From Candidatus Eiseniibacteriota bacterium (GTDB taxonomy: Bacteria > Eisenbacteria > RBG-16-71-46 > JABDJR01): DNA of 64,000 nt. The stretch covers positions 624,406 to 688,405 of the forward strand of contig CAVYIE010000004.1 in assembly GCA_963768615.1 (NCBI GenBank), given 5' to 3'. The notes beneath the pieces were generated by a model that was not told the DNA's origin, did no database searches, and saw only the letters and a program-made list of their open reading frames with translations. Shown piece by piece: positions 1 to 9,983 of the stretch. A program made the position numbers and the translations under genes. Numbering within the stretch: position 1 is the first letter of the stretch; every line of letters starts with the position of its first letter.

Positions 1-407
1 CCGTGGAGCGCCTCCACCGCGTCGGCCAGAGCCGGGGCGTCGTCGGCCGCCGCCGCCTTCTCGTAGGCCTTCAGGTCGGAGCGGAGGTCCTTGACCCCCT
101 TCGTCCACTCGGGCTTCTTGTCCCGGAGGATCCCGGGCAGGTCCGCCTTCTCCACCGCTTCCACGTGCTCCCGGACCTGGGGCAGGAGGTCCTTCATCAT
201 GGCGGTGTTCTTCTCCGCCCAGGCGGTGTGCCAGAGGGGGTAGATCACCTCGTGCATGGCGGTGAGCGCCGGGACCTCGGCCCGGAGCTCCGGATCCTGC
301 TCCGCCGCCGCCTTCCCGGCCGGCTCCTCGTCCCCGGCCCGGGCCGCGGTCGGGCCCGCCCCCAGCATCAGCACCGCGAACATCAACGCCGCCACGCCCA
401 TCTTCAT
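1..407 (-). CDS. Secreted alpha-helical hypothetical protein, 3' end runs off the window
   Basis: Manual translation of the minus strand from ATG 407 (GGAGG upstream): MKMGVAALMFAVLMLGAGPTAARAGDEEP...MHEVIYPLWHTAWAEKN...; signal-peptide-like N-terminus, open to position 1; absent from the ORF track. Confidence 0.75.
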   Translation of the reverse strand, partial: MKMGVAALMFAVLMLGAGPTAARAGDEEPAGKAAAEQDPELRAEVPALTAMHEVIYPLWHTAWAEKNTAMMKDLLPQVREHVEAVEKADLPGILRDKKPEWTKGVKDLRSDLKAYEKAAAADDAPALADAVEALH

Positions 408-558
408 GCCGGATTCCTCCCCTTTCATGCTCCGGCGGGATTTTGCCGGAGCCGGGCCCCAATTGTTGGCGCGGAGCGGCCCGGACTCAAGCCGGGAAGA
501 GCCTGGATAAGCCGCATCCGGTTTTTGAAATTCCTCCGGCCGGCCGCCGGGCGCACCA

Positions 559-574
559 TGGTTCCGGGTTTGCG
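559..574 (+). promoter_or_regulatory. Weak candidate sigma54 promoter for the molybdoenzyme operon
   Basis: TGGTTCCGGGTTTGCG has correct GG-N10-GC spacing and TTGC but lacks the CAC after TGG. Confidence 0.3.
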
Positions 575-805
575 ACAGCGAGCCTGGACAGCCTCCATTG
601 TTGTTCGGGGCGGCCTGCGGGGGCCGCCCCCTCTTCTTGCCTCCCGGTCGTGCGCCGGAGCCTCGGAAGGCCAAACCGGACAAATACGACCCTAAATATT
701 TTCTCGATGGCTCGATTAGCCGTTGTCCCGGCGGTGCGGACCCTCTTAGCGTGACCGCGAACCCCTCCGGTCTTCCCCGGTTCCACCGTCTTCGAGGAGG
801 CGCCC

Positions 806-1430
806 ATGCCCGACCGCGACGACCTCGATCCCCGCCCGGCCCAGGGAGTGAGCCGGCGCACGTTCCTGACCACCATGGGGGTGGGCGCCGCCGCCGCCGC
901 GGTCTCCGGGGCCCTGCCGGGGAGGGCCGGGGCGGATCCCGGGCGAGGAGCCGGCCGCGACCCGGGAGATCACCCTGACCGTGAACGGGGAGCGGCGCCG
1001 GCTCCTGGTCGAGCCGCGCTGGAGCCTCCTCTTCGTGCTCCGCGAGAAGCTGGGGGTGACCGGACCCAAGGCGGGCTGCGAGCGGGGGGAGTGCGGCGCC
1101 TGCACGGTGCTGATCGACGGCCTGCCCCGCTACGCCTGCCTCACCCTGGCCGTGGAGGCGGAGGGCTCCGCCGTCACCACCGTGGAAGGGCTCCTGGAGG
1201 GCGAGGATCCCGGACCGGTGCAGAAGGCCTTCATGGAGAAGGACGCCTTCCAGTGCGGCTACTGCACCTCGGGGCAGGTCACCGCCGCCGAGGGCCTGCT
1301 CCGGAAGCACCCCGATCCGGACCCGGAGACCATCCGCCACGGGATGAGCGGGAACCTCTGCCGCTGCGGCGCCTATCCGCACATCACCGCCGCGGTGGCC
1401 CGGGCCGCCGAACTCAAGAGGGGGAGGTAG
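806..1430 (+). CDS. Tat-exported (2Fe-2S) subunit of a xanthine dehydrogenase/PaoABC-family enzyme; +1 frameshift near 941-943
   Basis: N-terminal SRRTFL twin-arginine motif in frame 806. GCERGECGACTV and QCGYCTSG...NLCRC motifs in frame 981. Removing one G at 941-943 joins them (DPGEEPAATREITLTVNG). Confidence 0.9.
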
Positions 1431-1433
1431 CGG

Positions 1434-3759
1434 ATGAGCGACGAGACGAAGTCCTCCTACTACACCGAGGGAATCCCCGTTCCCGAGACCCCGCCTCCCG
1501 GCCAGGCCCCCGAGCCCTGGGGAAAGACGGCGCTGGTGGGAAGCGCGCGGCCCCGGGTGGACGCCTACGAGCGGGTGACCGGCACCGCCTCCTATCCCTC
1601 GGACCTGGTCCTCCCCGGCATGCTCTACGGGGCCGTCCTGCGCTGCCCCCATCCCCACGCGCGGGTGAAGCGGGTGGACACGGCGCCCGCGCGGAAGCTT
1701 CCCGGGGTGGTCGCGGTCATCGACGGGCTCGACCCCCGAGGCCGGTCTCACCTGGACCTACAGCGAGGAGATCCGCGGGCCGCTCTTCGATCCCCACTGC
1801 CGGTTCGAGGGGGAAGCGGTGGCGGCGGTGGCCGCCGAGACCCCCTACGCCGCCCGGGACGCCCTGCGGGCGATCGCGGTGGAGTACGACGTGCTCCCCT
1901 TCGTGAGCGACCCGGAGGAGGCCCTGGCCGCCGGCGCCGCCGCGGTGCACGAGGGGGGGAACCTGGTCGGTCCCGAGCGGACCTACGAACGCGGGGACCC
2001 GGAGCAGGGCTTCCGGGACGCGGACGTGGTGGTCGAGCGCACCTACCGCACCGCCTGCGAGATCCACACCCCGCTGGAGCGGCACGGCTGCGTGGCCCGC
2101 TGGGACGGGGACGCGCTCACGGTGTGGGAGTCCACCCAGGGGGTCTACGCGGTGCAGTCCCTGCTCGCCGCCGCGCTGCACCTGCCCCTGGCCAAGGTGC
2201 GGGTGATCGGCCACTACATGGGGGGCGGCTTCGGGAGCAAGCTCCGGGGGAGCAAGTACTCGGTGATCGCCGCGCTCCTGGCCCGGCGGACCGCCCGCCC
2301 GGTGAAGCTGTTCCTCACCCGGGAGGAGACCTTCCTCGCGGTGGGGAACCGGCCCCCCTCGGTGATGGCGGTGAAGGCGGGGGCGAAGCGGGACGGGACC
2401 CTGACCGCGCTGGACTTCGACGGGCTGGGGACCGGCGGCGCCTATCCCGCCGGCGGGACCTCGCTCCTGGACTGGCTCTTCCGCGATCTCTACACCTGCG
2501 CCAACGTGCGCACCCGGACCCGGGACGTGTACGTGAACGCGGGGCCGGCCCGGCCCTTCCGGGCCCCGGGGCATCCCCAGGGAGCCTGGGCCCTGGAGCA
2601 GGCCATGGACGCCCTGGCCGCGGAGCTGGGCATGGACCCGGTGGCCCTGCGGCTCCGGAACGTGCCCGCGGTGAGCCAGGGGCGGGGCGGGGTTCCCTAC
2701 AGCGTTACCGGCCTGGCCGAATGCCTGGAGAAGGGGGCCGAGGCCTTCGGCTGGACGGAGGCGCGGAAGCGGGCCGAGGCGGCCTCGGACGGGCCGGTGA
2801 AGCGGGGCGTGGGGGTGGCCGCGGGGCTCTGGGTCGGCGGGGCCGGCGGCCCCCCGTCCACGGTGATCGTGAAGCTCTTCGCCGACGGGAGCGCCAACCT
2901 GAACATGGGGGCCAGCGACATCGGCACCGGGACCAAGACGGTGATGGCGCTGGTGGTGGCCGAGGAGCTGGGGCTGGACCCCTCGGCGATCCAGATCACC
3001 CACGCCGACACCGGCACCACCCAGTACGCCACCCCCAGCGGGGGCAGCAAGACCGTGCCCACCGAGTCGCCGGCGGTGCGCTCGGCCGCGGTGGAGGTGA
3101 AGCGGCAGCTGCTGGACCTGGCCGCGGAGGAGCTGGGGATCCCGGCCGAGGACCTGGACTTCGAGGGGGCGCGGATCGAGGTGCGCCGGGACCGCTCCCG
3201 GGGCATCGCGGTGACCGATCTCCAGGGGCTCCAGCGCCGGGGCGTGGTGGTGGGGGTGGGCACCCGGGGCCCCAACCCCGAGGGCCTGGCCATCTGTCCC
3301 TTCGGGGCCCAGTTCTGCGAGGTGGAGGTGGATACCCGGACCGGGGAGGTGCGGGTCCTGCGCTTCCTGGCCGTGCAGGACAGCGGGCGGGTCATGGACC
3401 GGCTCACCTTCGACAACCAGGTCTTCGGGGGCATGGTCATGGGGCTGGGGCTCGCCCTCACCGAGGACCGCCGCCTGGACCGAGCCGGAACCGGGAAGAT
3501 GGTGAACGCCAACTGGCACGACTACAAGCTCCCGACCATGGAGGACACCGCGCCCGACATGCGCTCCGAGCCCCTGGACCGGCCCGACGACGCGGCCAAC
3601 CTGACCGGGGCCAAGGGCCTCGGGGAGCCGGCCACCATCCCCACCGCGCCCGCGGTGGCCAACGCGATCCATCACGCCACCGGGGTGCGGATCGCCGATA
3701 CCCCCATGAACCCGCCCCGGATGCTGGCCGCCCTGGCCGCGGCGCGGAAGGAGGGCTGA
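1434..3759 (+). CDS. Molybdopterin-binding large subunit (XDH/PaoC family); +1 frameshift near 1733-1737
   Basis: RVDAYERVTG, GGGFGSK, FRAPG and AKGLGEPATIPTAPA motifs; removing one C from the C5 run restores DPEAGLTWTYSEE and joins frames 1434 and 1819. Confidence 0.92.
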
Positions 3760-3762
3760 GCC

Positions 3763-4739
3763 ATGACCACGCCGTTCACCTACGTGCGGCCGAAGAGCGT
3801 GGACGAGGTCATCCGGCATCTTGGGGCCGGGAATGCCCGCGTCCACGCCGGCGGGACCGATCTGCTCGGTTGCCTGCGCGACGGGGTCTTCACCGCGGAC
3901 ACGGTGGTGAGTGTGACCGGGCTGAAGGAGCTGAAGGGACTCGGGGAGACGCCGGAAGGGGGGCTGCGGCTCGGCGCCCTCGTTCCCGTGGCCGAGGTCG
4001 CGGAGAACAAGCTGGTGGCCGGGCGCTGGCCGGCCCTGGCCCAGGCCGCGGGGGCGGTGGCCAGCCCCCAGCTCCGGAACCAGGGAACGATCGGAGGCAA
4101 CCTCTGCCAGAAGCCCCGCTGCTGGTACTACCGGGGGGATTTCCCCTGCCTGCGGAAGGGTGGCGACCTCTGTTACGCCTACCAGGGCGAGAACACCTAT
4201 CACGCCATCCTGGGCGGGGGGCCGTGCTTCATCGTCCATCCCTCCGACACCGCCTCCGCGCTGGTGGCCTACGACGCCGCGGTCACCGTGGCCGGGCCCA
4301 AGGGGACCCGCCGGGTGCCGGTGGCGGAGCTGCACGTTTCTCCGTCGGTGGACCCGCAGCGGGAGACGGTGCTCGCTCCGGATGAGATCCTGACCGAGGT
4401 CCTGGTTCCGCCTCCGCCGCCCGGCACCCGGAGCCGCTACCGCAAGGTGCGCGCGCGCCAAGCCTGGGACTTCGCCCTGGCCGGAGCGGCCCTGGCCGTG
4501 ACCCTGGACGGGGACCGGGTGGCCCGGGCCCGGGTGGTGCTCTCCGGGGTGGCGCCGGTGCCCTGGCGGTCGGCGCCGGCGGAGCAGGCCCTGGTGGGGG
4601 AGCGGCTCACCCCGGAACGGCCGCCCGCGCCGCCGAGGCGGCGGTGGCCGGCGCCGAGCCCCTGGCCCAGAACGCCTACAAGGTGGAGCTGGTGAAGGGG
4701 ATGCTGGCCGCGGAGCTGGAGGCCCTGGCCCGGGGGTAA
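3763..4739 (+). CDS. FAD-binding subunit with PaoB-type 4Fe-4S Cys motif; -1 frameshift near 4619-4620
   Basis: AGGTDLL, QLRNQGTIGGNLCQKPRCWYYR...C...C...HAI...C motifs; adding one G restores ERAARAAEAAVAGAEPLAQNAYKVELVKG to TAA 4737-4739. Confidence 0.9.
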
Positions 4740-4841
4740 ACGGGCGCGGTACGCCCGCGGCACGCCTGCGGCTCGACGGCCGGGCGAGGGGACGGCTATG
4801 CTGGCCGGGCCGGATCTGGGGGGAGTCCGGAGGAGGCCGGC

Positions 4842-5264
4842 ATGAAGAGCTACCGCGAAACCCTGACCATGAACGTCCCCGAGCGCATGGACTTCGTGAA
4901 CATCACCCCCCAGGTCGAGGAGGCGCTCCGGAAGAGCGGCATCCGCGAGGGGATGGTGCTCTGCAACGCCATGCACATCACCGCCAGCGTGTTCATCAAC
5001 GACGACGAGCCCGGCCTGCACCAGGACTACAAGCGCTGGCTGGAGAAGCTCGCCCCCTTCGACCCCAGCCCCGAGCGCTACCACCACAACCGCACCGGCG
5101 AGGACAACGGCGACGCCCACCACAAGCGCCAGGTCATGGGACGGGAGGTGGTGGTGGCGGTGACCGGGGGGAAGCTCGACTTCGGCCCCTGGGAGCAGAT
5201 CTTCTACGGAGAGTTCGACGGCCGCCGCCCCAAGCGGATCCTCATCAAGATCATCGGGGACTGA
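4842..5264 (+). CDS. yjbQ: YjbQ/UPF0047 family protein (secondary thiamine-phosphate synthase family)
   Basis: [23 protein letters not shown] and [13 protein letters not shown] motifs; GGAGG RBS. Confidence 0.9.
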   Translation: MKSYRETLTMNVPERMDFVNITPQVEEALRKSGIREGMVLCNAMHITASVFINDDEPGLHQDYKRWLEKLAPFDPSPERYHHNRTGEDNGDAHHKRQVMGREVVVAVTGGKLDFGPWEQIFYGEFDGRRPKRILIKIIGD

Positions 5265-5272
5265 CCGCCCGC

Positions 5273-5300
5273 CCTCCCGAGGCTCCTGGGCCTCGGGAGG
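5273..5300. terminator. 11-bp perfect hairpin between convergent genes
   Basis: CCTCCCGAGGC-tcctgg-GCCTCGGGAGG; no U-tract. Confidence 0.45.
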
Positions 5301-5330
5301 ACGGACACCGATCGTGTCCCGGCCGGCGGG

Positions 5331-8300
5331 TCAGTTCTTGAACGACTTGTCCGGGTAGGGCGGATGGCGGAGGGGCTCCACCGGCTCCTCCGCGATCTTC
5401 TTCTTCAGGTAGTCGATGGCCGCGTCGAGCTGGGCGTCCTCTCCTTCGAAGGTGGCGTGGGGGAGGTTGTCCACGGTGATGTCCGGGTCCACCCCGTGCC
5501 CCTCGATCAGCCACTGCCCCTCGGGGCCGTAGACCCCGTACTCGGCCGCGGTAGCAATGCCCTTGTCGACCAGGAAGTTGCTGGAGCTGAGCCAGATCTC
5601 GCCCCCCCAGGTCCGGGTTCCGATCACCGGACCGATCTCCAGGCGGCGGAAGCCCTCGGCGAAGACCTCGCCGTCGGAGGCGGTGTTCTCGTTCACCAGC
5701 ACCACCGCGTGGCCGCGGAAGGCGTACTGCATGTTGTAGACCGGCGGCTCGCCCACCCGCTGGCTCCAGGCCATCCACGCCTTGCGGATCAGCTTCTCCA
5801 GGATCCACGATTCGATGTTCCCCCCGCGGTTGCTGCGCACGTCCACGATGAGGCCGGGGCGGTCGAACACGGGGTAGAAGTTCTCGGCCCAGGAGGTCCA
5901 GTCGGAGCTTCCCATGGCCCGGAGGTGCACGTAGCCGATCTCGTCGTCGCTCTTCCGGTCCGTCTCCAGGCGGCGGGTGTACTCCCACTCGGTGTAGCGG
6001 AGGTCGGCCTCGGCCCGCTGGGATATGGGCTCCACGATCACCTCCCGGGCCTTGCCGCCCCCGGCGGGGGAGACGGCCAGCAGCACCTGCTTCCCGACCT
6101 GGTTCCGGAGCAGCCGGCCCAGGTCCGGGGCGGAGAGGGCGTCGGCCCCGTTCACCGCGGTGATCACGTCCCCCTCGCCCACCTTCACCCCCGGCCGGGC
6201 CAGGGGGGCGGTGTCCGAGGGATGGTCGGGGTCGGTGCGGTAGACGTGGGTCACCCGGTAGCCGCCGCGGGCGGGGTCCCGCACCGTCACCGCGCCCAGG
6301 GCCCCGACCTGGATGTCCTCCTCCGGCTCCCGCATGGCCCCGCCGTAGACGAAGATGTGCAGCGCGGAGAGCTCCGAGACCATCTGGCCCAGGATGTCGG
6401 AGAGCTCCTCCCGGCTGGCCACCCGGTCCACCAGGGGCAGGTACTTCTCGTAGACCGCATTCCAGTCCACGCCCTGCATGTTGGGGTCGTAGAAGTAGTC
6501 CCGCTCCAGCCGCCAGGCCTCGCGGTACATCTGCCGCCATTCCTCCCGGGGGATCACGGTGAGCTTCCACCCCGAGAGATCCACCCCCGCCTTGTCCAGG
6601 TCGGCCTTCTTGGGGGCGGCGTCCACCACGTAGAGCCCGTTCCCCTTGTGGATGAGCAGCTTCTTGCCGTCCAGGGAGAGCTCGTAGGACTTCACGTCCT
6701 CCACCACCGGGTTCACCTCGAAGTCCTCGTTGGTGATCTTGGCCCCCATGAGGTTCCGCTTGTGCTCGCCGGGAGGGGTGGCCAGCCAGTAGAGGGCGTC
6801 GGCGGTGGCACTCAGCCCGCCGTAGTTGCCCGGGGGCACCGGGGTCTTCTCGATCCGGGCCGCGATCCCGTCCAGGTCCACGGTGACCGTGACCCCGCCC
6901 ATCTCCTCGTCCTTCTTGTCCCCGTTCTTCTTGCTGTCCTTCTCTTCGGCTTCGCCGCCGGCGTGCAGCTCGTCGGCGGGGGCGAAGGGGGAACGGAGGC
7001 CGGGGACGAGGGCGATCTGGAACACCTCGGTGGTCTTGTCCAGGTAGGGCTCGGGCTGGTAGCTCCCCCATACCCCGCCCACCGAGGTGGTGAGGTTCCG
7101 GTCCGAGAGGAGGTACAGCCACTTCCCGTCCGCGCTCCAGGCCGGGCTGTAGCTGTCGAAGCGGTCGGTGGTGATCCAGGTGGTGGTGCCGCCGGCCACG
7201 GAATACAGCTTCACCCGGCGGAACATGTTCTCCCCGGGGATCACGTAGGCCAGCCACCGGGAGTCCGGCGACCAGGCCAGGCCGCTGAACTGGTCCACGG
7301 TGCTGGAGTCGATCTTCCGGTCGGTCTTCCCCTCCACGTCGTAGAGCCAGAGGATCTGGTTCTTGTCGTGGTGGGCGATGAGCTTCCCGTCCGGGGAGGG
7401 GACCGCCTCCCAGCGGAGGATGGTTCCGTCGTCGGTGAGCTGGACCGGGGCGCCGACCCCGTTGGCGGGCAGGGTCCAGAGTTCCACCTCCCCGGATTCG
7501 TCGGAGAGGGTGAGGAGCCGCTTGCCGTCGGGCATGAACTTCGCGTCCCGGTAGCGGACGCCGTCGTTGCGTTCGGCGGTGACCAGCCGGCCCTGCTTGG
7601 CCGGGGCCACGAACACCTCGCCCCGGGCGGTCAGGGCCACCCGGTCCCCGTCCGGGCTCAGGTGGGCGGCGGTGAGCCAGTCCATGGGCTTCTCGATCCA
7701 CTGCTCCCGCGTCTGGTCCAGGTCGGTGCTGAGGGTGATGGGGACGGTCACGTCCCGGTCCTGGTCGATGGAGTAGACGTGGATGTCGGCCCCGAGCTGG
7801 TAGGCGATCCGACCCTCGGAGAGGGTGGCGGACTGGGCGTCGAAGCCGGCGTGGGTGGTGTGCTGGCGGAGGTCGGAGCCGTCGGGGAGCATGGACCAGA
7901 GGTTCATGGTTCCGTCCCGGTCGGAGAGGAAGTAGACCCGGCCGTTCCACCACATGGGGTCCTTGCTGGTCCCGGCGTAGTCGGCGGTCAGGGGCACCGC
8001 CTCCTCGGCGCCGGGGGCGTACTTCCACAGGTTCTGCGCCGTGCCCCCCTTATAGCGCTTGGTGTGGCTGCCCTGGAAGGGGAAGCGGGTGAAGTAGAGG
8101 GTGCCTCCGGCCCGGTCGTAGCAACCGCCGGCGGCCTGGGCGAGGGGGACCAGGTTCTCCACGCCGGCCTCGGTGGGGGCGGACACGTCGAGCAGGGCGA
8201 GCTGGGCGCTGGGGAGGGTGGAACGGACGTCGGTGGCCACCATTACCTTGCCGTCCGGGGTCCAGCCGGCCACCCCCAGGCGCCGGCCGCCGCCGTAGGT

Positions 8301-8630
8301 GCGGCGGATGGGCGAGCCCCCGGCCAGGGGCATGGTGTAGACCTCCCGGGGCCCCTCGTAGGTGGCGGTGAAGGCCACGGTGGCGCCGTCGGGGGAGACG
8401 GCGGGCTCGCCCTCCGGGCCGGGGGCGGTGGTGAGCCGCAGGGCCTGGCCGCCGGTGACCGGCACCGTCCACAGGTCCCCCTCGGAGACGAAGACCAGGG
8501 TGCTGCCGTGGATGGCGGGCTGGAGGTAGTAGCCCTCGGGGCCTGCGGCCCGGGCGGGGGCGGCCGGGGCGAGGGCGGTGGCGGAGCAAAGGAGCAGGAG
8601 CAGGGCGGCGGAGGCGGTGATTCGAGGCAT
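5331..8630 (-). CDS. Secreted tricorn protease (S41 family; beta-propellers, PDZ, protease domain), 1099 aa
   Basis: Signal peptide MPRITASAALLLLL; LVFVSEGDLW propeller start; DVRSNRGG, NENTASDGE and GTRTWGG catalytic-domain motifs. Confidence 0.93.
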   Translation of the reverse strand: MPRITASAALLLLLCSATALAPAAPARAAGPEGYYLQPAIHGSTLVFVSEGDLWTVPVTGGQALRLTTAPGPEGEPAVSPDGATVAFTATYEGPREVYTMPLAGGSPIRRTYGGGRRLGVAGWTPDGKVMVATDVRSTLPSAQLALLDVSAPTEAGVENLVPLAQAAGGCYDRAGGTLYFTRFPFQGSHTKRYKGGTAQNLWKYAPGAEEAVPLTADYAGTSKDPMWWNGRVYFLSDRDGTMNLWSMLPDGSDLRQHTTHAGFDAQSATLSEGRIAYQLGADIHVYSIDQDRDVTVPITLSTDLDQTREQWIEKPMDWLTAAHLSPDGDRVALTARGEVFVAPAKQGRLVTAERNDGVRYRDAKFMPDGKRLLTLSDESGEVELWTLPANGVGAPVQLTDDGTILRWEAVPSPDGKLIAHHDKNQILWLYDVEGKTDRKIDSSTVDQFSGLAWSPDSRWLAYVIPGENMFRRVKLYSVAGGTTTWITTDRFDSYSPAWSADGKWLYLLSDRNLTTSVGGVWGSYQPEPYLDKTTEVFQIALVPGLRSPFAPADELHAGGEAEEKDSKKNGDKKDEEMGGVTVTVDLDGIAARIEKTPVPPGNYGGLSATADALYWLATPPGEHKRNLMGAKITNEDFEVNPVVEDVKSYELSLDGKKLLIHKGNGLYVVDAAPKKADLDKAGVDLSGWKLTVIPREEWRQMYREAWRLERDYFYDPNMQGVDWNAVYEKYLPLVDRVASREELSDILGQMVSELSALHIFVYGGAMREPEEDIQVGALGAVTVRDPARGGYRVTHVYRTDPDHPSDTAPLARPGVKVGEGDVITAVNGADALSAPDLGRLLRNQVGKQVLLAVSPAGGGKAREVIVEPISQRAEADLRYTEWEYTRRLETDRKSDDEIGYVHLRAMGSSDWTSWAENFYPVFDRPGLIVDVRSNRGGNIESWILEKLIRKAWMAWSQRVGEPPVYNMQYAFRGHAVVLVNENTASDGEVFAEGFRRLEIGPVIGTRTWGGEIWLSSSNFLVDKGIATAAEYGVYGPEGQWLIEGHGVDPDITVDNLPHATFEGEDAQLDAAIDYLKKKIAEEPVEPLRHPPYPDKSFKN

Positions 8631-8887
8631 GATCGGTCCCCATCGGTGGGGCCGCCGGTGCGAATCCGGGACCGCGGCAGGGGTGGGCCGGGCGCGGGAA
8701 CCGGCGGCGGAGGAAAACACCGGGACGGATTACACCCGATGCCGGGCCGGAGAGCAAGGACGGAAACCGGGGTCGCTTACGGGCGTGCCTGGGGGGCCGG
8801 TTGCCGGGCCGGCGTCCTCTCCGTACCCTTCGGGTCCGGAAACGCGTAGGATGCGGGGGAAGGGAGGCGCACGTGGGCAGACCGGGG

Positions 8888-9304
8888 ATGGTGCGGATCG
8901 CGTTGGCGGTGCTCCTGGTGATGGCGGGGCCGGCCTGCCGCCGGGTGCCTCACTCCACCCTGGGCCGGGACCTGGGGAGCATGGACCTGCGCCGGATGCA
9001 GGTGAACCCCGCCGACGGCCGGGTCCTCTGCATCTACCGGGTCGAGCACGGGGTGGGGAGCCCCAACAAGCTGCTGCGGCTCTACGCCCCGGACAGCGTG
9101 CTGGTGGCCGAGGACTGGTTCGGTGCCCATCCGTTGGAGATCCTCTCCTGGGGGGACACCCTGGTGCTGAAGGTGGAGGTCTTCTCCGCCCACGGCGACT
9201 CCGCCTACCGGACCTGGTACCTGGACGAGTGGATGGAGCGGAACCCGGCCATCGGCGACATCCCCATCCGCTACCTTGCCGACTACCATGATGAGATGCC
9301 GTAG
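8888..9304 (+). CDS. Hypothetical lipoprotein
   Basis: MVRIALAVLLVMAGPAC lipobox-like start; coding-type codon usage. Confidence 0.65.
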   Translation: MVRIALAVLLVMAGPACRRVPHSTLGRDLGSMDLRRMQVNPADGRVLCIYRVEHGVGSPNKLLRLYAPDSVLVAEDWFGAHPLEILSWGDTLVLKVEVFSAHGDSAYRTWYLDEWMERNPAIGDIPIRYLADYHDEMP

Positions 9305-9443
9305 GTGTCGCGGTGACCGGGATCCGAGCGAGTGATGGGAGGGTTTCCTCAGCTACGGACCGCCTGACAGGGGTTCGATCATGAGGGTTGAACCGGGGAG
9401 GCTCGTTTCCAAGGAAGGGGGGCCCTTGACTCTCGATTCCCGG

Positions 9444-9779
9444 ATGGTGCACTCAGAGAGAGCCTGTACCGGCCTGGCGATTGCGCTCGCTCTCGGCATC
9501 GGCTGGGTCGATCTGCACACCACGGAAGTCACGGTCACGGTCGTGGGCCTCCTCACCGCCGGCCTCCTCCTCGGCCTTCTGCGGCCGGCGAGGCCCTGGC
9601 GCTGGGCGGTGCTCCTCGCGGCGGGCCTGCCCGCCGTTGCGATCCTCGGTCGTCTCCTGCGGGTGAGGACCGCCGAACCGATCCATCTGGATCCGAGGGT
9701 GGTCCTCGTGGCCCTGGTCTTCGCCTCCATCGGTTGTTATGGCGGCGCCGCCATTCGCCGATCCCTCGCGCGAGCCTGA
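9444..9779 (+). CDS. Small multi-pass membrane protein
   Basis: Four hydrophobic segments, RPARPWRWA motif; start uncertain (9381 or 9444). Confidence 0.6.
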   Translation: MVHSERACTGLAIALALGIGWVDLHTTEVTVTVVGLLTAGLLLGLLRPARPWRWAVLLAAGLPAVAILGRLLRVRTAEPIHLDPRVVLVALVFASIGCYGGAAIRRSLARA

Positions 9780-9983
9780 AACCCCGCCGCACACGAGGAC
9801 ATTCTCACGACCTCCGGGAAGACCGCGAAGTGGTCGACCCAGGACGGCGCGCCGCCGCCGGCGCCGTCGATTTATGGTTGGATTATTTGTGCTTGAAGTA
9901 GAATAATGTGTACCCGGGTACCCGGGTAACCCGCCCGGCCGCACCCCCCGGCGCCGGAGCGCGGCGGCCGCCCCGCGCGCCCG

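Noticed and set aside
487-510. Other sigma28-like sites (487, 3694, 18911, 40325, 47564)
   Set aside because: Only one half-site is present or the spacing is wrong
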